From Octopus vulgaris (Eukaryota), in the NCBI GenBank assembly GCA_951406725.2, contig OX597838.1, positions 34,534,001 to 34,598,000 of the forward strand: a stretch of 64,000 nt of DNA. Direction: 5' to 3'. Below the pieces are notes generated by a model. The model saw nothing but the letters and a program-made list of their open reading frames with translations, had not been told where the DNA came from and searched no databases. The stretch's first letter is position 1, and every line of letters starts with the position of its first letter. Of the stretch, positions 12,655-24,058 are shown piece by piece. The position numbers and the translations under genes are program-made.

Positions 12655-13075
12655 GATCTTGCTAACATCCTCCACAGGTGACCCCTCGATTGTAATTGGC
12701 TCTTCCTGCTTGTTGTTGATACGCAGCACTTTTGTCTTTTCCCGGCTGATCCTCAAGCCCATTCGCCGTTAAGTTTCTGTCAGGTGTTCTACCTTGTCTT
12801 GCAGGCGATGTGACAGCAGCGCGAGACCATCTGCCTAGTTCTAGTCCTCTAGCTTGTTCATCAGTGTCCAATGAATACCTTTCCCAGCACGACGAGGAAC
12901 AGGAGCGGTGACAACAAACAGCCCTGTCTGACTCCCGTGCTGACTCTGAATTCCTCCGACAATCTCCCAGCATGGATGACCTGGCAAAAAAAACTCCTCG
13001 TAGAGTAATCAAATAATGCCCACGATCTTCTCTGGCACACTATAGTGCCGTAAGATGTCCCAGATTGTCTACCTG
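12655..13075 (-). mobile_element. RTE-like reverse transcriptase fragment (pseudo)
   Basis: Manual minus-strand translation gives IWDILRHYSVPEKIV...STGVRQGCLLSPLLFLVVL...ADGLALLSH...GLRISREKTKVLRIN, with stops. Confidence 0.85.
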
Positions 13076-14203
13076 TCCATTTAGTTGAGTTTCCCTAATT
13101 TCATATCGTGTGCCATTTTTCCCTGACCCAGGCGAGGCAGGCAACGGCCATGTTCGGATGGTTCTTTTACATGCCACCGTCACTAGTATCACAACTGCAA
13201 TTTCCATTGATTTTTGACCGATTTCGATTTTCCCATTAAAAAACTGCCATTAAATAATTTTTGACAAGATGTTTTAAATTTTTCTGACGTCTAAGAATGA
13301 ATATCGATGTGTATAAGTCTTTCCCCAAATATAATCCAGAATTGAAGAGGCAGGTTTATCTTATCTTACTCATTTTGCCCCAGCTAAATTTTTCTTTTAT
13401 ATGCTCAAAGAGAACGGTTGTAATTTCCTGAAATGTTCTAAATATATTATAGTGTTTTTATTGCATTTAGCGAAGGTCGTTTGCTCAGCTGATATATATT
13501 TCTTTACTACCCACAAGGGGCTAAACACAGAGAGGACAAACAAGGACCGACAAACGGATTAAGTCGATTGCATTGACCTCAGTGCGTAACTGGTACTTAA
13601 TTTATCGACCCCGAAAGGATGAAAGGCAAAGTCGACCTCGGCGGAATTTGAACCCAGAACGTAACGGCAGACGAAATACGGCTACGCATTTCGCCCGGCG
13701 TGCTAACGTTTCTGCCAGCTCGCCGCCTCATATATAGCTGATATAGTTTTTGTAAGGTTGTGACCATTTGTAAAAAATATTTTTCTCTCAAAGTCAAAAA
13801 TTCAGTAAAAACTCCTTATCGTGGCCCCCCACCGTCTCCATTTTTCAGAAGGTTATGAGGAGAGACAAAGTCAATAGCGGGGGGTGAGGTTACACTTTTG
13901 CATTAATTCTTTCGAAGAATTTGACTTCAATTGAATATATTTTACATAAAAGCTAGCATTCAAAGAGAGAAGGAAAATAAAAACTATTTGAATTAAAATT
14001 TTTTATCGCTCTGCCGTCAGCAAAGCGGCAGGCACTAAATAGAACTAATAGCAAATTAATGTAAATATATACACAATACGACCACGAACACACATCTATC
14101 TGAACACACAGACTTCGTTGTCTCAATTGCTCATTTAAGTTCCACCGATGTCTCTGACTTGCTTTGTACAAATATGTCTGTCTCTTCGCCTGTCTGTCTG
14201 TTG

Positions 14204-14444
14204 GTATGTATGTATGTATGTGTGTGTGTGTCTATGTATGTATGTATGTATGTATGTGTCTATATATGTATGTATGTGTCTATATAAGTATGTATGTATG
14301 TATGTGTCTATGTATGTATGTGTCTATATATGTATGTATGTGTCTATATATGTATGTATGTGTCTATATATGTATGTATGTGTCTATATATGTATGTATG
14401 TGTCTATATATGTATGTATGTATCTATATATGTATGTATGTATC

Positions 14445-14475
<31 letters not shown>

Positions 14476-15090
14476 CTATCTATATATGTATGTATGTATG
14501 TATGTGTCTATATATATATGTATGTATGAGTATAGTGTGTGTGTATGTATATGTGTATGTATGTGTTTGTATGTATGTATGTGTGTACGTATGCAAATAA
14601 TGTAGGTGTGTGAATGTATGTATGTGTTTGTCTATATATGCGTGTGAATGTATCTCCCTACGTGTATATGTTTGTGTATGTGTATATATGTATAATGAGT
14701 ATAGTGTGTGTGTATGTATGTTTAATGAGTATAATATGTGTGTGTATGTATGTGTATGTATATATGCATGTATGTATGTACAATAAGATGTGTCTGCCTG
14801 TATGTATGTGTTTGTGTATGTCTATGTATGTATGTATGTGTGTGTGTACGTATGCATACATGTAGGTGTGTGTATGAATGAATGTATGTATGTAAGTATG
14901 TATGTGTTTGTCTATATATGTGTGTCTGCCTGTGTGTATGTGTTTGTGTATGTGTCTATATATGTATGTGTAGCGTAGTCGTCACTACATATGTATGAGT
15001 ATAGTGTGTGTATGTATGGATGTATCTATGTATATATGTGTGTGCAATAAGTAGATATGTTTGCCTGTATGTATGTGTGTTTGTGTGTAC
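14204..15090. repeat. (TATG)n/(TG)n compound microsatellite with ~20-bp higher-order unit
   Basis: TGTCTATATATGTATGTATG repeated at 14321-14420 and degenerating outward. Confidence 0.95.
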
Positions 15091-15794
15091 GTACGTACAT
15101 ATCTTATACTGTCCTCCATTCGCCAACGAAGCCATAAAATAAATTGCTTTAATTAACCAAATATAATTGGGGGGGAGTCGGTTTAACACGTCGACACGTC
15201 GGATCAGTGATATTGTTTCAATTCCCCCGAGAGAGACTGAATGCTAATCATCCGCCCCAGTTTAATTTCTAGATTACGAATATTTAACGTTTTATGAACG
15301 GTACAAACAAGTTCGCGAAAGAAAGCTAAACAAGGAGAAAAGAAAAAAAAAAAAGAAGAAAAACAAACACTTGCTGAGGCAAAGAATTTTGCTGTAGAAG
15401 CATCCACGTCACAGAAAGTGACGTCTTCTTCCTTGATATCCTCGCCCTATTTTCGACATGTACAAGATATGTATGCGTCTAAAGACGGGCGTAACTCCGG
15501 CGGATGTAAAGTGGTTTAATAATGGTATGCTGTCGTCTAGAGGCGCATCCCAACAGCATAGCATTGGGAATACCCATGTTTTTCCACGTTCACAAGCATT
15601 TTAAGATCTATTTATCAATCTAAGATCTGGTCTTTTCTTTTACATACTTCCATCTGTAATAACTATAGAAGTGTGCTCCTTACCACAGACTTTTTTCGTC
15701 TGAACTTTCTTCGGGGGTGGGGATGGATAATTCTGAATGAATTTTTCTACAACTACCCTTCGGCTGGTGTAGCTTACAATTATGCAGGAATTTG

Positions 15795-16211
15795 GGGTCT
15801 TTTCCTTTTGGACGGCAGTTTTCAACACAATTTCTAGTCAACTAAACACTTTTAAACTTCGTATACTGGTAGAATGTGTCAAAATAAAACATTTTTTTTC
15901 TTTTGGCTTTCTTGAGAAAATTGTAATTTGTAAGTTTAACGTAGTTTAATTTTTCGAATTTTAACCAATCAATCGCCTCTATTGAGCTAAAATCACTTGC
16001 TGCGTCTTGCTGGTGTGCTTACGCCCCTGTAACTTAGCGGTTCGGCAAAAACAGACCGATAGAATAAGTACTCAGCTTACAAAGAATAAGTTCTGGGGTT
16101 GATTTCTTCGGCTAAAGGTGGTGCTCCAGCATGGCCACAGTCAAATGGCTGAAATAAGTAAAAGAGTAAACTTTGAATTTTCGAAAATTGGCAGCCAGAT
16201 TGAAAAGATCC
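15795..16211. mobile_element. Older GGATCTTTTC-TIR family MITE interrupted by a SINE A 3' half (~16008-16167)
   Basis: GGGTCTTTTCCTTTTGGACGGCAG...GAAAAGATCC; subterminal sequence shared with 11499. Confidence 0.7.
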
Positions 16212-16462
16212 TCACAATTTTCCAAAAGCTGCATTTGTGTTTCCCATACATGAGAACACTTCAGTATCAATGCCAGCATTTGAGGATTGCGCAGCTCAAC
16301 TTACATTGTACATACTTTGCACGGGTATCCTTGATCCAGTTGGCGCAGTACTTCTGTTTTTACAGTGTTGATAGCGAGGTCAAAGTTGTTGCACACTTTT
16401 AAGATTTGAACAACACATATGCATCTATAAATTTATTTTGTATAATTAAATCGAAATTGAAC

Positions 16463-16843
16463 CTGGCACGTAACAAGCGCTATCCGAATCGTGGCCGATA
16501 CCAGCACCGCCTTGACTGGCTTCCGTGCCGGTGGCACGTAAAAAGCATCATTCGAATCGTGGCCGATGCCAGTGCCGTCTTGACTGGCTTCCGTACCGGT
16601 GGCACGTAAAATGCACCAATCCGATCGTGGCCGTTGCCAGCCTCGCCTGGCACCTGTGCAGGTGGCACGTAAAAAGCACCCACTACACTCACGGAGTGGT
16701 TGGCGTTAGGAAGGGCATCCAGCTGTAGAAACACTGCCAGATAAAGACTGGAGCTTGGTGCAGCCTTCTGGCTTCCCAGATCCCCCGGTCGAACCGTCCA
16801 ACCCGTGCTAGCATGGAGAACGGACGTTAAACGATGATGATGA
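16463..16843 (+). mobile_element. Retroposon family C with ~60-bp internal repeats and (GAT)n tail
   Basis: GGAGTGGTTGGCGTTAGGAAGGGCATCCAGCTGTAGAAAC core and GGACGTTAAACGATGATGATG tail; other copies at 18696-19075, 33800-34835, 35130-35357, 44955-45228, 46274-46600, 47405-47640, 55690-55942. Confidence 0.85.
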
Positions 16844-16989
16844 ATTATATTTGTGATGTTGTTTTTTTTGTGCATGTGTGGAAAACAAAAGCTTTTATAA
16901 TCCTTTCCACTGTAAGCACAAATGCCTGAGATATTTTTTTTTGGTGTGTGTGTGAGATATCGGCACCAGTACTCGCCACCATTATGATC

Positions 16990-17258
16990 CTTCTTCTTTC
17001 TTCTTCTAGCATTCAACTGGGGTGGGTTGAGCTGGCTTCCTTCATCCTCAATACTGCATCTCTCGCAAACGCCGACCAGGCCGGGCAATTTGAAGCTAAC
17101 GACTGCATGATCTCCAACCACTCCTTATTCCATTCCAGCGTCGAACGCCGTAGATATGGGGGCCTGGGTTGGGTTCCAGATCAGCCTTGACTGTCATCAG
17201 CCAGATTTTTCGTTGTCCACCACATCGCTCTCACCAACCCTGAAGGGGAGCTGGGGGA
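16990..17258 (-). mobile_element. RTE-like LINE 3' end with (AAG)n tail
   Basis: Minus translation GGQRKIWLMTVKADLE...GP..YGVRRW...EWLEIMQSLASN..AW, typical of an RTE C-terminus. Confidence 0.7.
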
Positions 17259-17366
17259 ATTGCTTTGTAGATGAATTCTCCTTCAAATATTCCCCTTCTT
17301 CTTCTCCGCCTCCTTCTCCTCGGCATCGCCGTCATTGTCATCATTGTCGTCGTCGTCATTTAAATT

Positions 17367-17769
17367 CTCTTTACTCTTTTGCTTCAGTCATTTGACTGCG
17401 GCCATGCTGGAGCACCGCCTTTAGTCGAGCAAATCGACCCCGGGACTTATTCTTTGTAAGCCCAGTACTTATTCTATCGGTCTCTTTTTGCCGAACCGCT
17501 AAGTGATGGGGACGTAAACACACCAGCATCGGTTGTCAAGCAATGCTAGAGGGACAAACACAGACACACAAACATATACATACACATACATATATATATA
17601 CATATATACGACAGGCTTCTTTCTGTTTCCGTCTACCAAATCCACTCACAAGGCTTTGGTCGGCCCGAGACTATAGCAGAAGACACTTGCCCAAGGTGCC
17701 ATGCAGTGGGACTGAACCCGGAACCATGTGGTTGGTTAGTAAGCTACTTACCACACAGCCACTCCTGCC
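17367..17769 (-). mobile_element. Full-length SINE family A
   Basis: Complete head to GTAAAAGAG-type tail; other copies at 22240-22570, 37255-37628, 44010-44395, 48029-48423, 48797-49200, 50916-51324. Confidence 0.92.
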
Positions 17770-18105
17770 TATTGTTGACTATTTCTTTCAAATGTGGCGG
17801 AAAGTGTAACGGAGCAAAAACAAAATTAAATGTTCACAATGCTCCAACCTTGAATTTATTTTTAATACAAATTCACCATTAAAAATTGTGAAGTCTCTCT
17901 CTCTCTATCTGTCCCCCTCCCCTCCTCTCATGTATATCCAATTCTAATTCAGTTTCCATGCCTGGTTTCCTTTGTCCTTGTTGAGAGATAGATTGGTATG
18001 TATGCATGTATGTACGTGTCATTATTCAGTTTATTTCAAGATTTCTTGCCAATAAAGAGCTGGTTTCTAACCGAGATCCAAGGCTCCTTCATTGGAATTT
18101 CAACA

Positions 18106-18431
18106 TGAACAATGGGGTATTTTTGTATGTATGTATGTACTAGCTGTTGGACCCGGCATTGCGGTTCGGCAAAAGAGACCGATAGAATAAGTACTAGGCT
18201 TCCAAAAAATAAGTCCTGGGGTCGATTTGCTCGACTAAAGGTGGTGCTCCAGTATGGCCGCAGTCAAATGAACAATGGGGTATTTTTGTAAGTATGTATG
18301 TACTAGCTGTTGGACCCGGCGTTGCAGTTCGGCAAAAGAGACCGATAGAATAAGTACTAGGCTTCCAAAAAATAAGTCCTGGGGTCGATTTGCTCGACTA
18401 AAGGCGGTGCTCCAGCATGGCCGCAGTCAAA
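18106..18431 (+). repeat. 163-bp tandem duplication of a chimeric repeat junction
   Basis: TGAACAATGGGGTATTTTTGTA...GCAGTCAAA at 18106 and again at 18269. Confidence 0.9.
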
Positions 18432-19159
18432 TGACTGAAACAAGTAAAAGAGTAAAAGAGCATATTTTTACTTTTCCACTCAGAGATTGTATTTGTAATA
18501 TGTGGTTAACCGGTTGCTTTCTGTTTCAGAAAATCCTAGCTTTTCCAGATTACCAATTAGGCATTTGTTAACAAAAAATTAATTGCAACAGTTGTTATTG
18601 GCCTAAATGTGAATTTATCTATAAAGTATAGAAGCTGAAGGCTTCAAAGCAATTATCCGTAGTTATCCTCTTTCGGCACCTTTTGGTTATCTCAACATCA
18701 TCATCATCGTTTAACGTCCGCTTTCCATGCTAGCATGGGTTAGACGGTTCGACTAGGGTCTGGGAAGCCAGGAGGTTGCACCAGGCCCAGTCTGATCTGG
18801 CAGTGTTTCTACAGCTGGATGCCCTTCCTAATGCCAACCACTCTGTGAGTGTAGTGGGTGCTTTTTACGTGCCACCGGCACAGGTGCCAGGCGAGGCTGG
18901 CAACGGCCATGATCGGTTGGTGCTTTTTACATGCCACTGGCACGGAGGCCAGGCGAGGCAGGCAACGGCCATATTCGGATGGTTCTTTTACGTGCCACCG
19001 GCACTGGTATCACAACTGCAATTCCCATTGATTTTTGACCGATTTCGATTTTCCCATTAAAAAACTGCCATTAAATAATTGGATTATCTTCCCACTAAAA
19101 AAGCGAGTTAATGTGGTAACAAGAGATTGGATTAAAAGAATTAGATCCTTTTGATTCAA

Positions 19160-19352
19160 TACACATACATATACACACATACATATATACACATGTACAT
19201 ATATACACATATACATATATACACATATATATACATACACATATATACACACATATATACATACACATATATATATACACACATATATATATATATATAT
19301 ACACACATATATATATATATACACACACATATATATATACACACATATATAA
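19160..19352. repeat. (AT)/(AC) microsatellite
   Basis: Directly visible. Confidence 0.95.
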
Positions 19353-19768
19353 TCCATACAGTTATCCGAAGGGTTTCTAAACGGTTATAATTTTGGTAGA
19401 GTGATCCCCTTTCCTCATACTTTGACCTTGTTAAAGAAGATATGTGTCACTGTAAAGCTACTGCAAAATTCAAATTTAGGCTCAGTGGAGATTTGAAAAG
19501 GAAGATTTCGAATAACCTGATTATTTGAATGCATAATTGATCAGGAAACGTAAAATTGATTGTATGCATATATGTATATATATGTATATATGTATATATA
19601 TATGTATATATATGTATATATATATGTATAAACAATTCATAAATAAGGGCAAACGAAAAAATTTCTAATGCCAAATATACCGAAAAATTGGACATATTGT
19701 CCATTAACCATATAATTTTTTCACAAAGAATTTTTTCAGTAAGAATCTCATTTATTTCTTTGCCACAT

Positions 19769-19828
19769 TTATCACTGACGAAGAGAGGGCTGTTATGAGC
19801 TAACCCTGAAATCGGTCCGATATGGTAA
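19769..19828 (+). ncRNA. Type I hammerhead ribozyme motif in a Penelope-like remnant
   Basis: Stem I TTATCA/TGGTAA, core CTGACGA 19775-19781, imperfect stem II 19782-19807, GAAA 19808-19811, palindromic stem III TCGG-T-CCGA, cleavage triplet ATA. Confidence 0.7.
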
Positions 19829-20451
19829 TAATGGAATTTGTTAGAAATTTCTGTCGACCTTTTTTCGAGTAGCGTGCGTATTGTGAAAAAATTATATGGT
19901 TAATGGACAATATGTCCAATTTTTCAGCATATTTGGTATTAAAAATTTTTTTGTTTGCCCTTATTTATGAATTGTTTATAAATTTAACCATTAAAGATAT
20001 ATTTGAATGCATAATTGATCAGGAAACGTAAAATTGATTGTATGCACATGTACACACAGTATATCATCATCATCATCATCAGTTTATGTCTGTTTTTTCA
20101 TGCTTGCATGTGTCAAGCACATTGACTCGCCACATATTGCAGTCGTTTGTAATCTTTCAACACTTCTTTTGTCTTCAGCCATAGGCTTTTCCTATTTGAA
20201 TTGTTTGGCACTATACACACGCACGCACACACACACACATTTATACAAACATTCAAGGCAGAACAAGCGTGCATGGTCCAGTGGTAAGGGTGTTACAACC
20301 ACGATCACGAGATCGTGGGTTCAATACTCGGATCGGGAAATGCGTTGTTTTCTTGAATAAAACATTTCATTTCACTTTGTTTCTGTGGTTACTTTGACAC
20401 CTGACGTGCGACACACCGCGCACCTGTTCAGGCAATATCGATTTGATGGAA

Positions 20452-21065
20452 GGTGGCGAGCTGGCAGAAACGTTTGCACACCGGGCGAAATGCGTAGCCG
20501 TATTGCGTCTGCCGTTACGTTCTGAGTTCAAATTCCGCCAAGGTCGACTTTGCCTTTCATCCTTTCGGGGTTGATAAATTAAGTACCAGTTACGCACTGG
20601 GGTCGATATAATCGACTTAATCAGTCTGTCTGTCCTTGTTTGTCTCCTCTGTGTTTAGCCCCTTGTGGGTAGTAATGAAATAGAAATAGGTATTTCACCT
20701 GTCTTTACGTTCTGAGTTCAAATTCTGCCGAGGTCGACTTTACCTTTCATCCTTTCGGGGGTCGATAAATTAAGTACCAGTTACGCACTGGGGTCGATAT
20801 AATCGACTTACTCAGTCTGTCTGTCCTTGTTTGTCTCCTCTGTGTTTAGCCCCTTGTGGTTAGTAAAGAAATAGAAATAGGTATTTCACCTGTCTTTATG
20901 TTCTGAGTTCAAATTCTGCCGAGGTTGACTTGGCCTTTCATCCTTTCGGGGTCGATAAATTAAGTACCAGTTACGCACTGGGGTCGATATAATCGACTTA
21001 ATCAGTCTGTCTGTCCTTGTTTGTCTCCTCTGCGTTTAGCCCCTTGTGGGCAGTAAAGAAATAGG
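20452..21065 (+). repeat. Tandem array (3 units) of SINE family B
   Basis: One head followed by three ~190-bp body units. Confidence 0.92.
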
Positions 21066-22073
21066 AAGGAGGGTGTGAGCTAATGTGTTGTACAAACATA
21101 TATGTTCACCATAAACAAATCAACCGTGCAGGTTATTTCAACAAGAAATTGTAGAACTGTCTTTCTCGAAATCAGGAGACAACCAGCTTATGTGGCCATG
21201 AACTTGCACTGTGGAACTGCAGTCCCCCACTCCTATTTCCACTTGATATTATCAATAACATTCTGTATAATGAGTCCTTTTTTGTTTAATTCTCTCTTTA
21301 ATCCTTGTACATTATATAATCCTTAAGCTTAATGTCAGTAGCCATCCCCTAGTTTGTGAAAAAAATACAAAAATTCTTGTATAGAACTGTTGTGCACATG
21401 CTCACATGTCTGAGATAGGAAGCTGCACACTAGGGAGAGAGAGCACTGTGGTTCACGCAGTGTCAATCCTGGTGTGCTGGTGAAAGGCGGCGAGCTGGCA
21501 GAAGCGTTTGCACACCGGGCGAAATGCGTAGCCGTATTGCGTCTGCCGTTACATTCTGAGTTCAAATTCCACCTAGGTCGACTTTGCCTTTCATCCTTTC
21601 GGGGTCGATAAATTAAGTACCAGTTACGCACTGGGGTCGATGTAATCGACTTAATCCGTTTGTCTGTACTTGTTTGTCCCCTCTGTGTTTAGCCTCTTGT
21701 GGGTAGTAAAGAAATAGGTAGTGTTTCTTTTTGACTCCGCACATGTTGTGCTTAAAAACATGTTTATATTCTTGAATGTGACAAAGTGTAGAATTAGAGT
21801 ATTATCCTGCTTCCAGCTACAGTGTTACTGCCAGAATTTGAAAAATATTTACAGAATATTAAAACAAAGGCTAAATATGATCTGAAGCAGCACCCCCCAC
21901 TAATTTTATCTATGAGCCACCACTGCTGGGAAGTTATATTGTCTTAAGTGTTAAAGACAATGTTTGTCGGCCATGCTCGTGCTGAAATTTAAAATTAATA
22001 AAATCTTGCACAGCAATTTAAAATCAAGAAATTTGAAGTCAATGACAACTGACCTCAATGAGGTGCAAGTAAT

Positions 22074-22156
22074 GCCGGTGAGAGTATTTGGCTTTTCCAA
22101 CGCCTTAGCAATGCCATTGCCCATGATAATGCAGTGAGCGTGGTAGCTTGCTTCAG
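22074..22156 (+). mobile_element. Possible CRE-like (restriction-like endonuclease) retrotransposon C-terminal relic
   Basis: Translates AGESIWLFQRLSNAIAHDNAVSVVAC, resembling the LFQRLS.A.QRGNA.S motif; very short. Confidence 0.5.
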
Positions 22157-23322
22157 TAGGTTCCATTGAACCTTGTGGTGTGCGACCAATTGAATCACTT
22201 GGTGTTTTTTTTCTTTTCTTGCCCACCCCCTTTTTATTTTACTCTTTACTCTTTTACTTGTTTCAGTCATTTGACTGCGGCCATGCTGGAGCACCGCCTT
22301 TAGTCGAGCAAATCTACCCCGGGACTTATTCTTTGTAAGCCCAGTACTTATTCTATCGGTCTCTTTTGCCGAACCGCTAAGTGACGGGGACGTAAACACA
22401 CCAGCATCGGTTGTCAAGCAATGCTAGAAGGACAAACACACACACATACACATATATACATATATACGACGGGCTTCTTTCAGTTTCCGTCTACCAAATC
22501 CACTCACAAGGCATTGGTCGGCCTGGGGCTATAGTAGAAGACACTTGCCCAAGATGCCACGCAGTGGGACTTATTTATTTTTCTTCTTTGTCATTCTTTT
22601 GTAAAATAAATTCCTGTCCATATTTCGATTGAAAATAAAAGAATCATAATTGATAAAAAAAATTAAAGAAGACAATTTTCACAACCACAAAATAAATAGA
22701 TAACTGCTTGCACGACAGAGCTAAGTTTTTAACCTACAAAGCAAAGCTGTTCAGAGAGCAAGTTCTCCTGCTTTGCAACGTCATGAGAGTAATTTCAGAA
22801 TTTTCTTTTTCCTAGAGTAAAAGATGTCTAAACAGAACCCACGAGTCTCTCACTGCCACCTGTTGGACAGGCATTGACTCTATTGATTCACCTGTTCTTT
22901 GCACATTTTGCTTTTCATGCTTTGGGGTGGGGACGAAAGCCATTATCTTTAAGAAGCATACTCGGTCGGGTTGCTAGTTCAGACACCGACAACCTGACCT
23001 TGCAACAAGTTGTACTGGGTAAGGTGTTATCAGTAGCACTAACAATGGCCTGAACATTCACATACACACACATACATACACACACACACGTATACTATGA
23101 TATATTTATACATAATATCAATTTCAAATTTTGGTTCAAGGCTAACAAGTTTGTGGGAGGGAGTATGTCGATTATATCGACTCAAATGTTTAACTGGTAC
23201 TTATTTTGTCGACCCTGAAAGGATGAAAGGCAAAGTTGACCTCAGCGGAATTTGAACTGATGATGTAAAGATGGATGAAATACCTATTTCTTCGCTACCC
23301 ATACAGCCACTCATACGCCTAT

Positions 23323-23373
23323 AAAAAAATATGGAACGCTTCATGAATTTGCGTGTCATTCTTGCACAGGGCC

Positions 23374-23413
<40 letters not shown>

Positions 23414-23429
23414 ATTGCCAAAGTAATAC
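23323..23429 (-). pseudogene. U6: U6 snRNA pseudogene, full length
   Basis: Minus strand reads ...ACATATACTAAAATTGGAACGATACAGAGAAGATTAGCATGGCCC-TGTGCAAGAATGACACGCAAATTCATGAAGCGTTCCATATTTTTTT; ACAGAGA box intact, but CpG-type transitions, a 1-nt deletion and no clear upstream TATA. Confidence 0.92.
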
Positions 23430-24058
23430 ATACCTGCATGCACAGATGTTAACATAAGCTGAAAAGCAGTGAAAAAGAGAATACCTATGCTGAACTATTG
23501 AGAAATCTGCAATTATTCTATCCTGATTACAAGTTCAGGTTTATACCTGTAATTATTGGAGCACTGGGATATGTAACTCACAGCCTAAATACCAAAATTT
23601 GAGAAATTAGGTGTCTTAAAACCAGAAATGAGAAAGCTGATTCGAAGACAACAGACCCAAGCCATCACTGGAACTGTAAAAGTCTAAAACTTTCCAGAAG
23701 TTTATCATTTAAGTCTAGATATGTAAGTATATGCATGAGAATTCATACATAAAACAAAACATACAAATCTGCATGTATACATACATGCATACATACATAC
23801 ATGCAAAAATACCTTGTTGATGTTGAGATTCCAATGAAGGAGCCTTCGATCTAGGTTAGAAACCAGTTCTTTCTCTATTGGCAAGAAATCTTGAAATAAA
23901 CTGAACAATGACATACACACATTTTTGAGTTTTCTTTCTCGCACTTGTTGTTCGTACACATACACACACAAATATATATATATGTATATATATACAAATA
24001 TATGTATGCATACGTATATATATATATATTTATATATATGCACAAACACATACATACA

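Noticed and set aside
14148-14978. MYVC/YIYI-type ORFs (also at 19.0, 28.9, 57.5, 58.7 and 61.8-63.1 kb)
   Set aside because: Translations of dinucleotide and tetranucleotide microsatellites.
20367-21631. Recurrent MRNWYL... and MLGGQT... small ORFs
   Set aside because: They are frames within SINE copies, not a gene family.
23323-23429. Functional U6 gene
   Set aside because: Several substitutions and a deletion in a normally near-invariant RNA, and no convincing upstream TATA/PSE.
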